Positions 15,243-29,251 are shown, numbered from the stretch's first letter. The stretch is 64,000 nt of DNA from Eledone cirrhosa (GCA_964016885.1 OZ024742.1:308202001-308266000), one strand, 5' to 3'. Numbers and translations are program-made. Notes: generated by a model from the sequence alone, not told the origin.

Positions 15243-15463
15243 ACTCTGAACTGCAATGTAGCCATGTCAATAGAATAAGGATCAATAATCTTTATCCTAT
15301 CGTTTTCCAGAAATGGGGTGGAAGTGCTTTAGAAACAGACAGATAAATGAGATCCAACTACCAGTTACTTACGATCAATGGTAATGACCTAAAGATGCAG
15401 GTCAATATCAAGGTGACGCCTGCTTTACTATGCCATATTGGGAGTAAAGGAAACAAATTATCA
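15243..15463 (+). pseudogene. Decayed Ig-domain-like exon
   Basis: T-rich tract plus ag acceptor, then TLNCNV...SFSRNGVEV in one frame, then LLTING and KDAGQYQGDA after frameshifts, ending in a phase-1 gtaagt donor; several stops. Confidence 0.45.
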
Positions 15464-15699
15464 GTAAGTAATAAAACAAGCTTGTAGGAGAATCGTGTTA
15501 CTAGTGAGTTCCTTGTCTTTAGCTTGTATTTAATTAGCAGCATCACCGTATTACCTTAGATGCTCTAGAATGATGTCACGTTGCTGATTATGTGATCGAA
15601 GCATCCCGTAACCAAGAACGCCATCGAAATATGTATCAAGGCTAAATATAAAGAAATGAATTATCAATATCTACACCTACCCTTCGCAATTATCATTAT

Positions 15700-15756
<57 letters not shown>

Positions 15757-15780
15757 TAGAGGTGTAATACACGAGTTGTG

Positions 15781-15861
15781 ATATATTAGTAAAAGGAAAA
15801 GAAAATGCTGACAAATTTTTCACTGGGAAAAATTTGTCACCATTTTCTTTTCCTTTTACTA

Positions 15862-15866
<5 letters not shown>
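15781..15866. repeat. Short palindrome (about 40-bp arms) within (TA)n
   Basis: atatattagtaaaaggaaaagaaaatgctgacaaattttt / aaaaatttgtcaccattttcttttccttttactaatatat around the loop cactggg. Confidence 0.9.
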
Positions 15867-15903
<37 letters not shown>

Positions 15904-18529
15904 TGTTATATTTGGGGAATGTCATATTGTTATAATGTTGCCATAATTAATAACAGAACACACTCACTGATTGGTTGGTTTTCGCTTCTGTATCTTTTAT
16001 ATATCCATACTTAATTTTTTTGGCAATCAATGTTTATCATTGATTGACCAAAAGTTAAAAATATAGATATAAATATATATATATAGTCTATCAAAGTTCT
16101 TTCGTTGCACATCTGCAACATCATCAGTGCTACTATTATGTTTCCTCTCATTGTATTGTATTGTATTGTAATGTCTACGCCATTTTTATTTTATTTTATT
16201 TATTTATTTATTCTTGTCTCTGTCTCTGCGCATGCGTTTGCGTGTGTGTATACTGTTTTGTGTGTGTGTTCGCATTTGAGTGTAGGCATTTTTGCTTTTG
16301 TATTCTATCTTTGTTGACTCGTGTGTGTTTATATGTGTTTATTGTTATTGTACTTGTGTATATATTTATTTATTTATTTATCTATACTTCCCTTAAGTCA
16401 GTATTGTTTGTTTGGATATGGTTGATGTTGTTATTCCATTCGTTCTTTCTTTTCAACTTCGGTCTTCTTATTTCTATCTCAGTTGCTTCTGTGATTTGCC
16501 TACCCGTAGAGTCATTTCTATGCTTGGATATCATTTCAATTTCTATGTTGTCTATATTACCGTCATGTCTTTGTCTGCCGTGTTCATATAGTACCGAACC
16601 GTTTTTTTGTCCTTTTAGTTCCCCCCACTGTTGGTTTATTCATTCTCCTAAGCTTCGAGCTGTCTCACCTATGTATGTCATTGTCATGTTTCTGCAACAT
16701 CTGTACATAGACTACATTTCTAGTTTTACAATTTATATATATATACGTAGACAGGCTTGTAAAATATATCTTTATGTTTCACTGGTTCACATTATTAGGA
16801 TGCGAACAAGTTGAGGCATTGGTTTCAAGAGATTTAGTTGACTATTTCGATTAAATCGAAAGAAAATAATGCATTTGATCAAATGTCTTGTCTATGTATA
16901 TGTATTTCCTCCAAGCCTAGTTAAAGTTACCATATAAGAAAGAGAAGCAGTAGGCCATTTCCTTCTGTTACGGACAGCCACCTGTCAATAGTAGTGAGCT
17001 GATCATAGGTCCAAACCATGTGAGCATTAATTTTAAATTACATTGTTGCTGTTTTGTTTTCGTTTATTATTTAGGCTATTCCTTGGAATCTGTCTGCGGT
17101 TTAATTTATCTTTATTTTAGGTACATACAGTTTTTGTGAAACTTTACTTGAAACATTAAAGAATATATATAAATATTGTATTAAGTCTTTTGTTATTTTT
17201 CTTCTCTTATTTACTTTGAATTATATCAAAAATCCTTGCAAATAGGGTTGTGATGGTTGACAAATTTCTGAATGATTGTCTCTGTCTGTATTCCATCTTC
17301 AGTCTGCTAATGATTTAAGCATCTCTACTTATTTCTCATCAGACTTTCATCGCTTCACTCGCATTTACTTATATGTTGACGTCACCCTCTTTCATTTGTA
17401 TGTAGCAAGCACTAGCTTTTCCTCTACATCCGCGGTGCTGAATCAATATTATTTACTAACTTACTGTTTACTCTCACACGTTTCCTCTCATATTAATGGA
17501 ACATACAATTCCCATCAAATATATGTTCTCCTATCATTTATTCTTTGTCCTTTATTTCTCTTTTACTATTTATTTCTCTCATTACATCATATTTTTTTCG
17601 TTTTATATTTAACACTTGGTTTGTATGTATTGTTTGTCAAAAATTGCGTTTGTATTATTTTTTAGACAGGCTTAATGTCAAAAATGTTGATAAAAGAAAA
17701 CAATCGATTATATTCAACAATACCTAAATAATAATCATTTTTATCGACCCCGGAAGAATGAAAAATGTTAATAATGCAACAATAAAAAAAACCCACCACA
17801 CTCCACCATTGTCACATCCGCTTAACGTTGGCTAATTTTAACTTCTGCCAACAGTCATTGCTTCATACTCTCATAACATTTCACTTCTACACTCACATTT
17901 ATCCACCTTTATTCCATTACGATCCATTCTTTCTTTCACGCTTTCTTTCTTTTATCCTTTATCTCCTATTGTTTCAGTTAATCGTAAGTTTCGATATCTA
18001 TACTCTGGTCACATATTGATATTTTCTGTACTTCAAACATAATAGTTTTTTAGTGCTCATAGTTGGTTCTATGTATTAGCTTCCAATTGTATTTTTATTT
18101 AAAGTTAACATTTCTTTAGTTACTTTGAAGTTAACATTCGTTTATACTTAATGTTGTTTTCATCAATAATACAATGCGACCTTTACAACAAAACTCATGC
18201 AATTGCTGATCGCAGCAGAGATATATAAGCAGGAATCCTTCTATGCTCATGGCCAATTCATATGGAATGCACAGGAGTTGTAAGAGAAGAACTCCTTTAA
18301 TTATTACATCTAACGATAAAACCACATTACAGTAAACGCTAAACACTGATTTCATGACATTCCGAAAGCTACAATGATCTTATGTCATGAAGCTGAGATT
18401 CTTAACAGCATATCTTTAAAATATCTAGATTTGCTCCTGGCCATTTCTAATATTTCCATGAGCGGATAATCTCTGAGCTTACTGCATTCCACATTATAAA
18501 GGAATGATTTTACAACCTAACAAATTCAT

Positions 18530-18766
18530 ACCGGTTTCATGGCGTGAAGCGACTGAGAGTACAAGACACCCCCCTGGACAGGATGCCAGTCCATCGCAGG
18601 ATTAAACCTCCAGCTATTGATGGTACTCATTTTCAGGTGAGTAAACTGGAGCAACGTGAAATAAAGTGTCTTGCTCAAGGAAACAACACATCACCCGGTC
18701 CGAGAACTGAACTCACAACCTTTCGATTGCAAACCTACTGCTCTAACCACTAAGCCATGCGCCTTC

Positions 18767-18768
<2 letters not shown>
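18530..18768 (-). mobile_element. tRNA-derived CORE-type SINE
   Basis: Minus strand: A box tggcttagtggt, B box gagttcagttct, CORE-like ccttgagcaagacactttatttcacgttgctccagt, tail gcgatggactggcatcctgtccaggggg. Confidence 0.8.
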
Positions 18769-18801
<33 letters not shown>

Positions 18802-18830
18802 TACATATATATATATATATACATATTTAC

Positions 18831-18862
<32 letters not shown>

Positions 18863-18904
18863 TTATATATACATATATATAGATGTGTGTGTGTGTGTGT
18901 ATCA

Positions 18905-19062
18905 GGTTTATTATAGAAATGGCTTCTACAGGACTAGAACTGTTTCATTCAAAAGAAATCCTCAAGAATGTCATTTTTATATTAAACTTGATGTTTACAC
19001 ACTACTAATGTATTGAGTACCTTATTCACTGTGGCTACCCCGGACTGAACCCAGAAATCACA
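18905..19062. mobile_element. Penelope pLTR-like remnant with hammerhead-like motif (18921-18971, -)
   Basis: Same family as 52230-52440. Minus strand reads TTGAGGA-tttcttttgaat-GAAA-cag ttctagtc ctg-TA-gaagcc; the tail gtattgagtacc...gtggctacccc is in the opposite orientation. Confidence 0.6.
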
Positions 19063-19104
19063 TACACGCAACACACGTACACATACATACATATATATAT
19101 ATAT

Positions 19105-19521
19105 ATGCATGATGTGGAAAATATTCCATCAGCATTGCCAAATTGATGTTGGTATCACCTTTAAACTACACGCAAGGCTTGGGCCCCGTGCCATCCGCCC
19201 ATATCAAAAATCACTCTCGCATCTCATAACAATACGGTGCTATTATTTCACCTTAATTGGCCTCGCTCTCTTTAACATTACACCAAAATGCATTAAAACA
19301 GAAATAAACCCCATGAAGTTCAAGAAATCTTTGGACAAATTCCTTTAAGAAATCCTGGATAAACCTCCTACACCCGGATGTGTCGCCGTAAACAACAACT
19401 CCCTACTTGAGTGGGTTATAGTGTCCAAACCCTGACTTGAAAGACTTCGCCAGGTGGTGCTTTTAAGTTAGACATGGCCTGGGCCAATACTGGCCGAAGC
19501 CTATCAAAGTTATCAAAGTTA
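19105..19521 (+). mobile_element. CR1/Jockey-group LINE 3' fragment
   Basis: MWKIF...LFNITPKCIK...FKKSLDKFL*EILDKP...NNSLLEW resembles the ORF2 C-terminus of this group; ends in tandem tatcaaagt x2. Confidence 0.65.
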
Positions 19522-19877
19522 TATATATGGTTAAACCATTATCCGCACAGCCATAGAAACGACCAAGTAATTCGGGTCAAACAAATAAAAAAAATGTGAT
19601 TGAAAAATTTACCCGGACCCTGGATGGTTGGTAAAATCCACCATTTGGGTTTCTGCGACTCCTAAATCAAGTACTGTCGGCTTAGACAAATAATGTTAAG
19701 CTTTTGGTAAGATGATTGAACGAGGACGTCACTTTCTCAACAGGTTTTAGTTCAAGTGCCAGGCCAAGGATTGACCGTTACCAATACCCACATGGGGCTC
19801 GGCAAGGGAGGCAGCCCTTATTTTTGGCGGGGGAATTCAGTGTGTAATATTGCAAAATTGCAATATATATATGTATA

Positions 19878-20024
<147 letters not shown>

Positions 20025-20035
20025 TTATATATATA

Positions 20036-21729
20036 TATGTCACAGCCGGCAATAAGGAGTACTCATATATAGGTGCGACATCCACTACGTTTAGGGAGCG
20101 CTGGTATAACCACAGAAGCTCCTTCAAACATAGATCGAAACGACCCCAAACAAAACTGGCCGATCTGATCTGGGACCTCAAGGACAGGAATATTGAACCC
20201 CGGATTTTGTGGCCAGTAAAAAGACGCGTGGCATACATCCCCAGTGACAGAAACCACTGCAGATTATGCCTAACTGAGGCGGCGGAAATAATTAAACTTG
20301 ATTCCGCCATAAACTATAGGTAGGACATAATTGTCAATAGCAGACACACTAGGATGCACACCTTTTCTGCACAAACTTTCGCGGGAGAACCACGCACTAA
20401 CCATGACTCACCATAATAATAACCACAGCTGCCCCGTATCACCATCGCCCATCTCAACGAACTTTAATTCTAATCTAACTTCACTTTATCTTATTTCATT
20501 GCATTGAATTTAACCATATGTAAGCCCGTATTTTGTATATCATGCCGCATACATAACCCACACCAAAAATCACACTAACATGACACACCATATTAATAAC
20601 CACCTATACCTCGTCTCAACATCGCCCACCTCAATGAACTTATTGTATTGTACTCCATGTAAACATTTCTAAGCCCGCATTTGTATATCATGCCGCACAC
20701 ATCACCATCACCACCACCAAAATTCACATCAACATACACACCTCATCGTTGCAACATCGTATTAGATCGATATCCTATGATACGTTCTACCTTGCAATCC
20801 ACAATGACAAGGGACCTTCAATGTCGATCATATCACACCATCGCCACCACCATCACACCACACATAGTCATATGCCTACCATACACGCCTACAACCTCAT
20901 CCCCCCCATGTTCCCTCTATCTACCCTAACCTACAACCCCACGCTAAATTCGACCCTGTAATTGTACTGTCGCACGCTCACACAACCACCGCCACCACTA
21001 GATACATCCACATACTTCAACAATCATTATCATTACATCATCAACACATATCATCCCTCGCTCCCAGATCGACTGTATTATATATCCCCCACCCCCCGTC
21101 TGTCTACCCTATAACACACTGTAACCTCTGATCATGTAATCATCTTGTCGAACATATCACCCCAGCACCACCACCATCACCATGTCCACAACACACATCG
21201 CCGTACGTCCATAAACGCTTCTCCCCCGCGTTCCCTATGTCACCTTTTAACCGGTATTCGATCCGGTATATATATTTTTGTCCATCACAACTCCTCCACC
21301 ACCACCACAAAACACAACTCCATACTTCATCAACACCGACAACACATACTTCCACTCCCCAACCAACAATAGTGTATGTGTCTGTGTGTAAGTATTTTTA
21401 CACATATGGGCGTTTAATTGTGCGTGCGTGTACGCATATTTATATGTATGTGTGTGTGTGTGAGTGAACACATGTGCATGCATATTTCTATGTGTGTGTA
21501 TATATATATCTGTATATATGTATCTATGTGTATGCGTATGTGTATGTGTGTGTATATATGTATGTGTATGTATGTGTGTATGTGTACGTCTACATGTATG
21601 TATATGGATGAATCTGACTGTATGTGTAGGTGAGCTCATATATGTGCATGTATGTGTATATGTGCGTGTATGTGTGTGTTGTCTGTACATGTGTGTGTAT
21701 ATGTGCGTGTATGTGTGTGTTGTCTGTAC

Positions 21730-21794
<65 letters not shown>

Positions 21795-22678
21795 AGTATA
21801 CGTGTGTGTGAGTGTGTATGTGTATATTTGGCATACATGAGTGTGAGTCCATGTGCCCATACCCATATGTATGTATGTGTATGTATATATACGTAAAACA
21901 CCTTCTACATTGCCTCTCACCTTCCTCCCATCTCTGTCGTTCGCCACCCCCACCGATACTCCCCCACTCTCCATATTCGTGTCCGCATGCGCGCATGCAC
22001 ATACATGTGTGTGCATATACATATGGCTGTGTATGAGCGTGTGTCGATATGTGTGGGCAAGGATATGCGTGTGTGTTTTGTGTGTGTTTATACAACAATA
22101 TATGTGCACATATATACATATATGAGTGTGCGTATACGTATATACAAAGTATCTGTCAGACGAAGAGCGTCTAGCTATGTATCTATGTAAGGACCTGACG
22201 CCACCAATACATCCACCACACCACCACAAACGCCGCTACCATAGACAACGGCACCACTACCACACGCCAACCCGTCTACTGACAATCCACTAACCTCATA
22301 CCAGAGCCCATCCCACTAAATAACCATAACCACCTCCATATCATCACATCCACCCCCACATCACAGCCCACCTCATCCACCGACCATCACCAACATCTCA
22401 CCATCACACCCACCCCCCATATACACTACAGGCCAGTACATCGCCTTGATCCTCCCCACCAATCAAAACAACTCATTTTGTCAAACTCTTGAAACTGACT
22501 TTAGCACATAGCATGTTTTTCATTTTCTTATAGCATTTTAAGAGGGTCCGTCGAGCTGCCGATTATTGAGTCGGGTAGGATCGATATAGATCGAACCTTG
22601 AGCTGATCAGTGGCGAAACGCGCGTCACCTATCAATAAATGCAATGAAGGAATAATCAATCGTCCTTTTTATCCTTTC
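20036..22678 (+). mobile_element. Penelope-like element, 5'-truncated: GIY-YIG C-terminus and long CA-rich 3' region
   Basis: [24 protein letters not shown]...[11 protein letters not shown]...CRLCLTEA at 20040-20320; ends with hammerhead-like gaaacgcgcgtc near 22616 and (TA)n. The extent of the 3' region is inferred. Confidence 0.75.
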
Positions 22679-22760
<82 letters not shown>

Positions 22761-23035
22761 ATACGATGGCTGTCTAGTTGCTAGTTAAGTTGGGCTTAAA
22801 AATGGAATGAGAATAAGAAGAAAGGAAGAACGGGGGGGGGGGATCCACATCAGTTGTCTACTGGGAGTCTCAGATATTTCAACGCTTTAAAGACAATATA
22901 TCTACCCCCAGAGCGTACATATAACTGGGTAAGTTATTGGGAAAACGGAGGAGGGAGAGAAGGAAAATGGAAGGGAAAAGAGGAAAAGGGATAGAAAAGA
23001 GAAAACATGGTATATATATATATATATATATAGAA

Positions 23036-23420
23036 TATATTAACAAATGGAAACTATATTTATAAAACCTTATTTATTTCATTATACATATTTCAAGGGC
23101 CACCAGAGGACACTATGGTGCGCTTTCATCAGATAAAATATAATATACGTTAGTTTCATAAATAAATATTGATATACCCTTAAAAAGTGCAACCATTCTG
23201 GTTGGAATCTCCTGGATAGTGGAGTTATTAGATTTAGTGTTGGTTTATTATGCAAATTAGTGTTGGAAAGGTTTAAAAATAGTATATTTAAATTAAGCCG
23301 TTGGAATAGGGAAAACAAATATATATATATATTTACTCCAATAATTTGTTGAGTGCTTTATATCAGTTATAAAAATATTTTGCTTGTTGTATCCCAACAA
23401 ATTAAATATAACCTCTACAT
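23036..23420. mobile_element. Penelope pLTR-like element, same family as 9876-10305
   Basis: Shares aaatggaaactatatttataaaac and the tail cagttataaa...caacaaattaaatata; flanked by (TA)n/(TG)n. Confidence 0.75.
23077..23138 (-). ncRNA. Type I minimal hammerhead ribozyme
   Basis: ttttat-CTGATGA-aagcgcacca tagtgtcctc tggtggccctt-GAAA-tatgta-TA-atgaaa; core intact, and helices differ from the 9923-9979 copy while keeping pairing. Confidence 0.78.
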
Positions 23421-25482
23421 ATATATATGTGTGTGTGTGTGTGTGTGCGTGTGTGTGTGTGTGTGTGTGTCTGTGTATGTGTAGCCAGCATCGTCAAAAT
23501 TACAGCCCTAGTGAATCTAGTGATATATGATAATGCGACACTCCCACATGTTATCGTTTATATCGTTTATATCCTTATAAATATATAACCCACCTTTAAT
23601 ATAAAATATCATTGTCTTCAGCCATACGCTTTCACTCTGTCTATATATATGCACATGTGTACGTGTATATATTTTGAGATTCTTTGCAGTTATTGTTTTG
23701 GTCATAAAAAACTGGTGTTGTGTAGCTATATTTATATCTACAGACTTAATCTTTAAACTCAATATTTCCTGTTTATTTCAACTATATAGACATTAAAACA
23801 TACCTAGCATACTATTTATATTTAACAATAAAATTTAATTTTCATTTAACATTTGTTCTTGTTTATTTGCCTCAATCTTTCGCACAAACACCAGCGTAAA
23901 CATGTTTTATACTCTGTGTGTATGGAGAAATATTTGGCGGAGATCATTTTTTTTATTAGTCGTTAAATTAAACTTATTCTGTAATAAAGTTATTTTCGTA
24001 TTTCTTTGTAAGCCTACGGTAGTTGTTTTAGATTGTAATATGTTTGTTCAAGTCTAAATGCTAAGATTTCAGTAGACGAAATTGTATACAATGGTTATTT
24101 CCATCATTTTTAAATACTTACTGCAGGATTAACAAAGCACTCAACGTGAAAAATTCTTGGATTCTGTTGATGTTTGCATTCTTCTAGTACGATATACCAA
24201 CTGATAAAATAAATTAAATAGAAGGCATGTATGCAGTCGTATATGGTATTTGTGTAAGTACACAACAAGAATTTGAGAAGGAATTCTCAACTATTGCTAC
24301 ACCAATGATAAAAGCTGGGATGGTGGGGGAAGAAACTCACTGCCCTGCAGAACCGCAAGCGCACACAACCGCCGCATTGTTCTAGAGGACAGAATAAAAA
24401 AAAGCGTTGCACCGGAGGATGGTGAAGAAGACGCGTGGAAATAGCCATTCCAAGGGTTCGCTCTTGTGTGTAGTCAACTCCACCACGATAGCTGTGAATA
24501 AGGACAGAATATAGGGACCACGGACATTGGAAGTCTTCACCACTACACGTTCAACGTGTATTGTCTAGATCTAAATGACACTTGATGAAGCAAACCTAAT
24601 TTCTACAGTGTTTCCCTAAGGTGTACATTTCGTTAAGAGAATAGAGCTTAATTTGCGGCACATTTGACTACTATTTCTAGCAGCTGAAACAATAAATATA
24701 TGTTCACTCATTTACTCCAGTCTGAGAATGGTTTTATTTGGAGAAGCTTTATATGAGATAAAAGCTATTTATGAGTTGTATCTTGGCTATTTCTATTGTA
24801 TTTACATCCCTTTCAGGAATTTTGTTGGTTTTCCCCAACGTTCTATACTTCAAAATATCTTTGAATTCCTTCTAGTATTAAAATTCTATGACAAATTATT
24901 AATCAGCGTTATAATTAGGATTACTGCAAAGTCAGATTACCTCTCAGAAGCTTCTGGTATATTTAATTTTAGTTTTCTTATATTCTGAGTTCAATTCTCA
25001 CCAAAGAAAATTCAACCTTTCATCCGTCTGGGAGTCATTATCTAAATGCAAGGTAAATTCTAGTATCGTCTTAATTGACTATATCTCTTCCCCCACAGCT
25101 CCATGTCAACCCAAACAAACTCTTATCATTATCCTTATTACTATTATTATTCAATATATATTATTAAAAATGTATGGAATTAGCTAAAATATCTTTGGTA
25201 ATCTAGCTTCGCGGGATTAGACTGGAAGCAAAAAATGGAAGATGGCACTTGCCCTTGGAGTATCTGATTAACTCGAAATTGTATATTGGATATACAAAAT
25301 CACCTAATTTTGGCGACATTTTCTTTCTTATTTTGTCGTACCTATTATTCATTATTGCTTGTATACTAATGTAGCTTTAAAGTTAGCAATGATACCAGAA
25401 TTTTACACGATTCGTGTTTCTAATTTTCTTTCTATTTCGTATTTATACTAAGACAATTGTAATTGAAGACGTCGCCATCCTC

Positions 25483-25486
25483 ATTA

Positions 25487-25520
<34 letters not shown>
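25483..25520. repeat. (ATT)n array at the Dong 3' junction
   Basis: Direct reading. Confidence 0.95.
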
Positions 25521-26922
25521 GTTCTTTGAGTCTCAGTCATTGATGTTAGTTAACTGGAAAGTTTGTTGAAATGAATATCAAGCCACTACCTGTAGCCTCA
25601 GATATTCAGGACGTATCGGAGTGTTCTTGCTGTTCCCAGCAAGCATGCCTTTTGAAGTGTTCCAAAAGGCAGGGCGGGGCCAATTTCCTTTAACCATCCC
25701 TGGAAACATTTTGAGATAGTACCTAGTGCGCCTATGACAATCGGTACCACTTTGACTTCGTGGCAGTTCCAAATCCTTTTTACCTCCCACTTTAAGTCCT
25801 GGTATCGGTTAATTGTTTCCCTCTCCTTCTCTTGCACTCTCGTGTCGAATAGGCAGGCCACATCCACAATCAGGCACGATCTTTTTTCCTTGTCCAAAAC
25901 CACCAGGTCAGGTATATTGTGTTCCAGTTTCTTGTCCGTCTTTATCCTAAAATCCCATAGCACCTTCACCTGATCACTTTCTATCACAGACTCTGGCTTA
26001 TGCTCATACCACTTCTCAGAATGTGGTAAATTGTTTACTTACATAGGTGCCAGTGGATCACCCTGCCCACCACTTCGTGTCTCCAGCCTTTATAGTGAGT
26101 CTGGGCTAGGTGTTTACACTCGGATACAATGTGAGCCACAGTCTCCTCTCTCTCTCCACAGATCCTGCACAGTGGGCTATGCTCCTCCTTGTAAATATGG
26201 TGTTTCAGCCGCTTCGTTTTGAGGGCCTGCTCCTGCGCGCCATTAGCATTCCTTCTGTAGCCTTTTTAAGGTCTCCTCTTCTCAACCAGTTCCATGTCTG
26301 TGGATCTCTGAATTCCGTTTTCTCAAAGAAGGTACTATGAAGGTATTTTTCATGAAGGCTGCTCTTTCTCCTTGTTGTTATTTCCTCCTTGGACATCCCC
26401 TGGTCTATTGTCCTCTCCTTCAGTACAATTCTGAGCATTGACTCCTTACTATCGGTCACGTATTTGTGTAGGTTGTTTTTCTCCATCTGAACACAGTCCT
26501 CTATGCTGATAAGACCTCTTCCACCCTCAGATCTCCTTAATTAGAGTCTATCGACATCACTCCTCTTGTGGAACATGTTGTAGATAGTCAATATCTTCCT
26601 AGACTTCCTATCCATTTCTTTTTGTTCAGCAACATTCCATCTCAGAATTCCCGCACTGTACCTAATAATAGACACAGCTGGGGAATTTACTGCACTTATG
26701 GCATTCCTACTGTTCAGATGTGACTTTAATACGCTCCTTACTCTCCGAATGTATTCAGATCTTATCAATTCCTTCATCTTTTTGTTCTTGATGACACCAG
26801 CCTCCAGAATACCCAAATACTTGTATCCTTCTTCAGTGTCAATTTCCTTTATCATCTCACCTGTTAGTACCTGGATTCCGTTGCTTCTGCTCAATTTACC
26901 CCTCTTCATCACAAGGACTCCA
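25521..26922 (-). mobile_element. R4/Dong-clade non-LTR retrotransposon, 5'-truncated and disrupted
   Basis: YKYLGI, thumb RLxLRRSEGGRGL and restriction-like endonuclease VLWDFRIKTD..PDLVVLD..IVDVAC..K..YQDL..VVPIVIGALG; (TAA)n on both sides, the known Dong target type. Confidence 0.9.

Positions 26923-26977
<55 letters not shown>
26923..26977. repeat. (ATT)n array between the Dong and Tx1-like elements
   Basis: Direct reading. Confidence 0.97.
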
Positions 26978-27449
26978 GAATGCCATGGTTGATGGAAGCT
27001 CGGCTCTGTAAGGTATAGTAATTTTTAACCGCTATAACAATTGTAAATTGTTTAAAACTTGAACCAAATTGTAGATAAAAACACCTTCCTCCTCGTGAGA
27101 GGGGTCTTTCTGCCCGTTATTTGGCCCTTCGGGGTTAAATAACCGCTTATTGGTGCTTTGTGCCAAATATTCATTTCAAACCGTAAAAAAAACATGGCTA
27201 CAAAAAAGAATTTTCACAAGTCACTCCCACTCATTCCGTCTTCTTCTTCCTCAATCGTCACTATATCAAAAGAAGATTGTCTCTCTCCCACCCTTCTCTT
27301 TCGCAAGCGACGCCATTAAAGAAAAAGAAAAATATAGTTTCTGATAGCTTTCACCAAGAGTACGTGTATTCCGTGGAACATTTCTCCACGACGACGACAA
27401 CGACGAAAAATGTGTGCGGTAAATACGGAAAGCCATTTCATTCGTCTGA

Positions 27450-29205
27450 CGTCATGAAGAATAGCAGTAGCAGCCGTAATAACAGCAGCAGCATAAACAA
27501 CAACAGCAGCAGCAGAAACAGCAACAACAGCAGCAGCAGCAACAACAACAACAACCACAGCAACAGCGGAGGCGGCGGCGGTCGTAGTACCAGCAGCAAC
27601 AACAAAAGTAACAGCAGCTCTGACGATAACAACAACGACAACAAGAAAGAAAAACCAATCTGGAAACCATCCTTATAACAATTGAGGAATTACAGGAAGC
27701 AAAGAAGATGGTGACGAAAACCGGATACCGAGCTATCTGCAAGGCAGCCGAAACATTTTTCGAAACCTAACAGCACTGTACGGTCACGTTCCGTACAGTA
27801 AGCACAAAATCACGTAGCCACAGAGGCTCAAATACAAAAACCTTAGGGTCTGTGAGGCAGCGGAAAACGCATATCATCCGAGGCAAGAAATATGCCACCG
27901 TAGACGTACTTTTTGCCAAACACCAGGAGGCAAAGGCTCAATCCTTAGTGTCTCTAAGGAGCGAGGAAATGGTGTTGGTGCCCTCCTACTGCGGGCAAAA
28001 AAATTGTGACACGCCCCAGATGGTCCTTTCTTGGCTGGCCGTGTCTGTCCTCATCGAAATCGAGGACAAAACAACTGTACTGCAAGTACAGAAAAAAGTA
28101 CGAGAAGATTGGGTCGGCACCTCCATTGAGATGTTAATCCAAACCAACCAGCAACATCGAAGTTATCCCGGATGTGATAGACCTCGATAACGGCACTCAA
28201 CTGCCCATAAGTGTTGAGGGCAAACGCCCGAAATGCTTTCGCTGTGGATCGAAGACTCACCTCAGGGCCTTCTGCAATGAGAAGACCCTGAGAAAGGAGA
28301 AAACACCCCTCCTTCCGAAACCGGCTCCACTACTACTTGCAACAGGGCAGGCGGCAAGCAGGAAGGATAGGTCCGTGGCACCCATACCCACGCCACGGAA
28401 ATCAAGAACAGCAGCAGCAGTAGAAGTATTAAAAACAACAACAGTACTACTAACTGCAGCTGAAACAGAGACTCCACTGCAAACATCACCAACAACAACA
28501 AGTGAAAGAGTAGAGCTGGGACCCCTCCCCGACCTCACAGAATCAGACATGGAGTGTGAGGTGGGAGAGGATGGCAAAAGGTCGCAAGAAGGCACAAACG
28601 CAGAAGCAGCGCATCGTCGCCTTCGAAAAGGGAGGAAAGAAATGAAAAAAGGGTAAAGGCTACTGCAAAGAGACTTACAGCAGCAACACCACCAACACCA
28701 TCACCACCCACACTAGCACCACCATCACCAACGGCGGCAACCCCACCGCAAACAACAACAACACCTTCAACACCACCACCACAAGCACCAACATCGCAAA
28801 CACAACACAAAACACACACACCCTCAACAACGACAAGAAAATAGCAGAACCACACCCCACCCCCAGAAAAATAAATGCACAGCAATAAATACACACAACA
28901 AGAAAATAATGACTTACATAATTGAACACACAGATATTTCACAGCACGACTACATAATACCAGCACCAAGCAAAACACCAACGGACATAAGACTGGTAAG
29001 AATAGCACAGAAACAATAGACAAACATTAAAACGAAATTCCCCAACGCAGTTGGTGATTTCAGAGACCTAGGAGGGACACTCAACCGGAGATTATATTCG
29101 GATATACTCAAAGAACAGCCGACGACCAGACGAAGGGACGATTCAACGGTCCCTTCACCAGACGATCAAGTGAAAAGGGATGGAGAAATCTTCCTTTCTC
29201 TATGA
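27450..29205 (+). pseudogene. Tx1-like ORF1 (gag-like, zinc knuckle), disrupted
   Basis: Pieces VATEAQIQK..HIIRGKKYATVDVLF..MVLVPSYCGQK and RPKCFRCGSKTHLRAFC (CX2CX4HX4C); low-complexity P/T-rich tail; boundaries approximate. Confidence 0.75.
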
Positions 29206-29251
29206 GAAGTAAGGTAAGTGGTCTTTCCAATCTTTGCCACTCCATTTCAAC

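Noticed and set aside
16161-16814. 217-aa hydrophobic ORF
   Set aside because: T-rich low-complexity strand bias; no motif or credible start.
27277-27742. S/N-rich, poly-L and poly-C ORFs
   Set aside because: Alternate frames of the CAG/CAA low-complexity tract in the Tx1-like 5' region.
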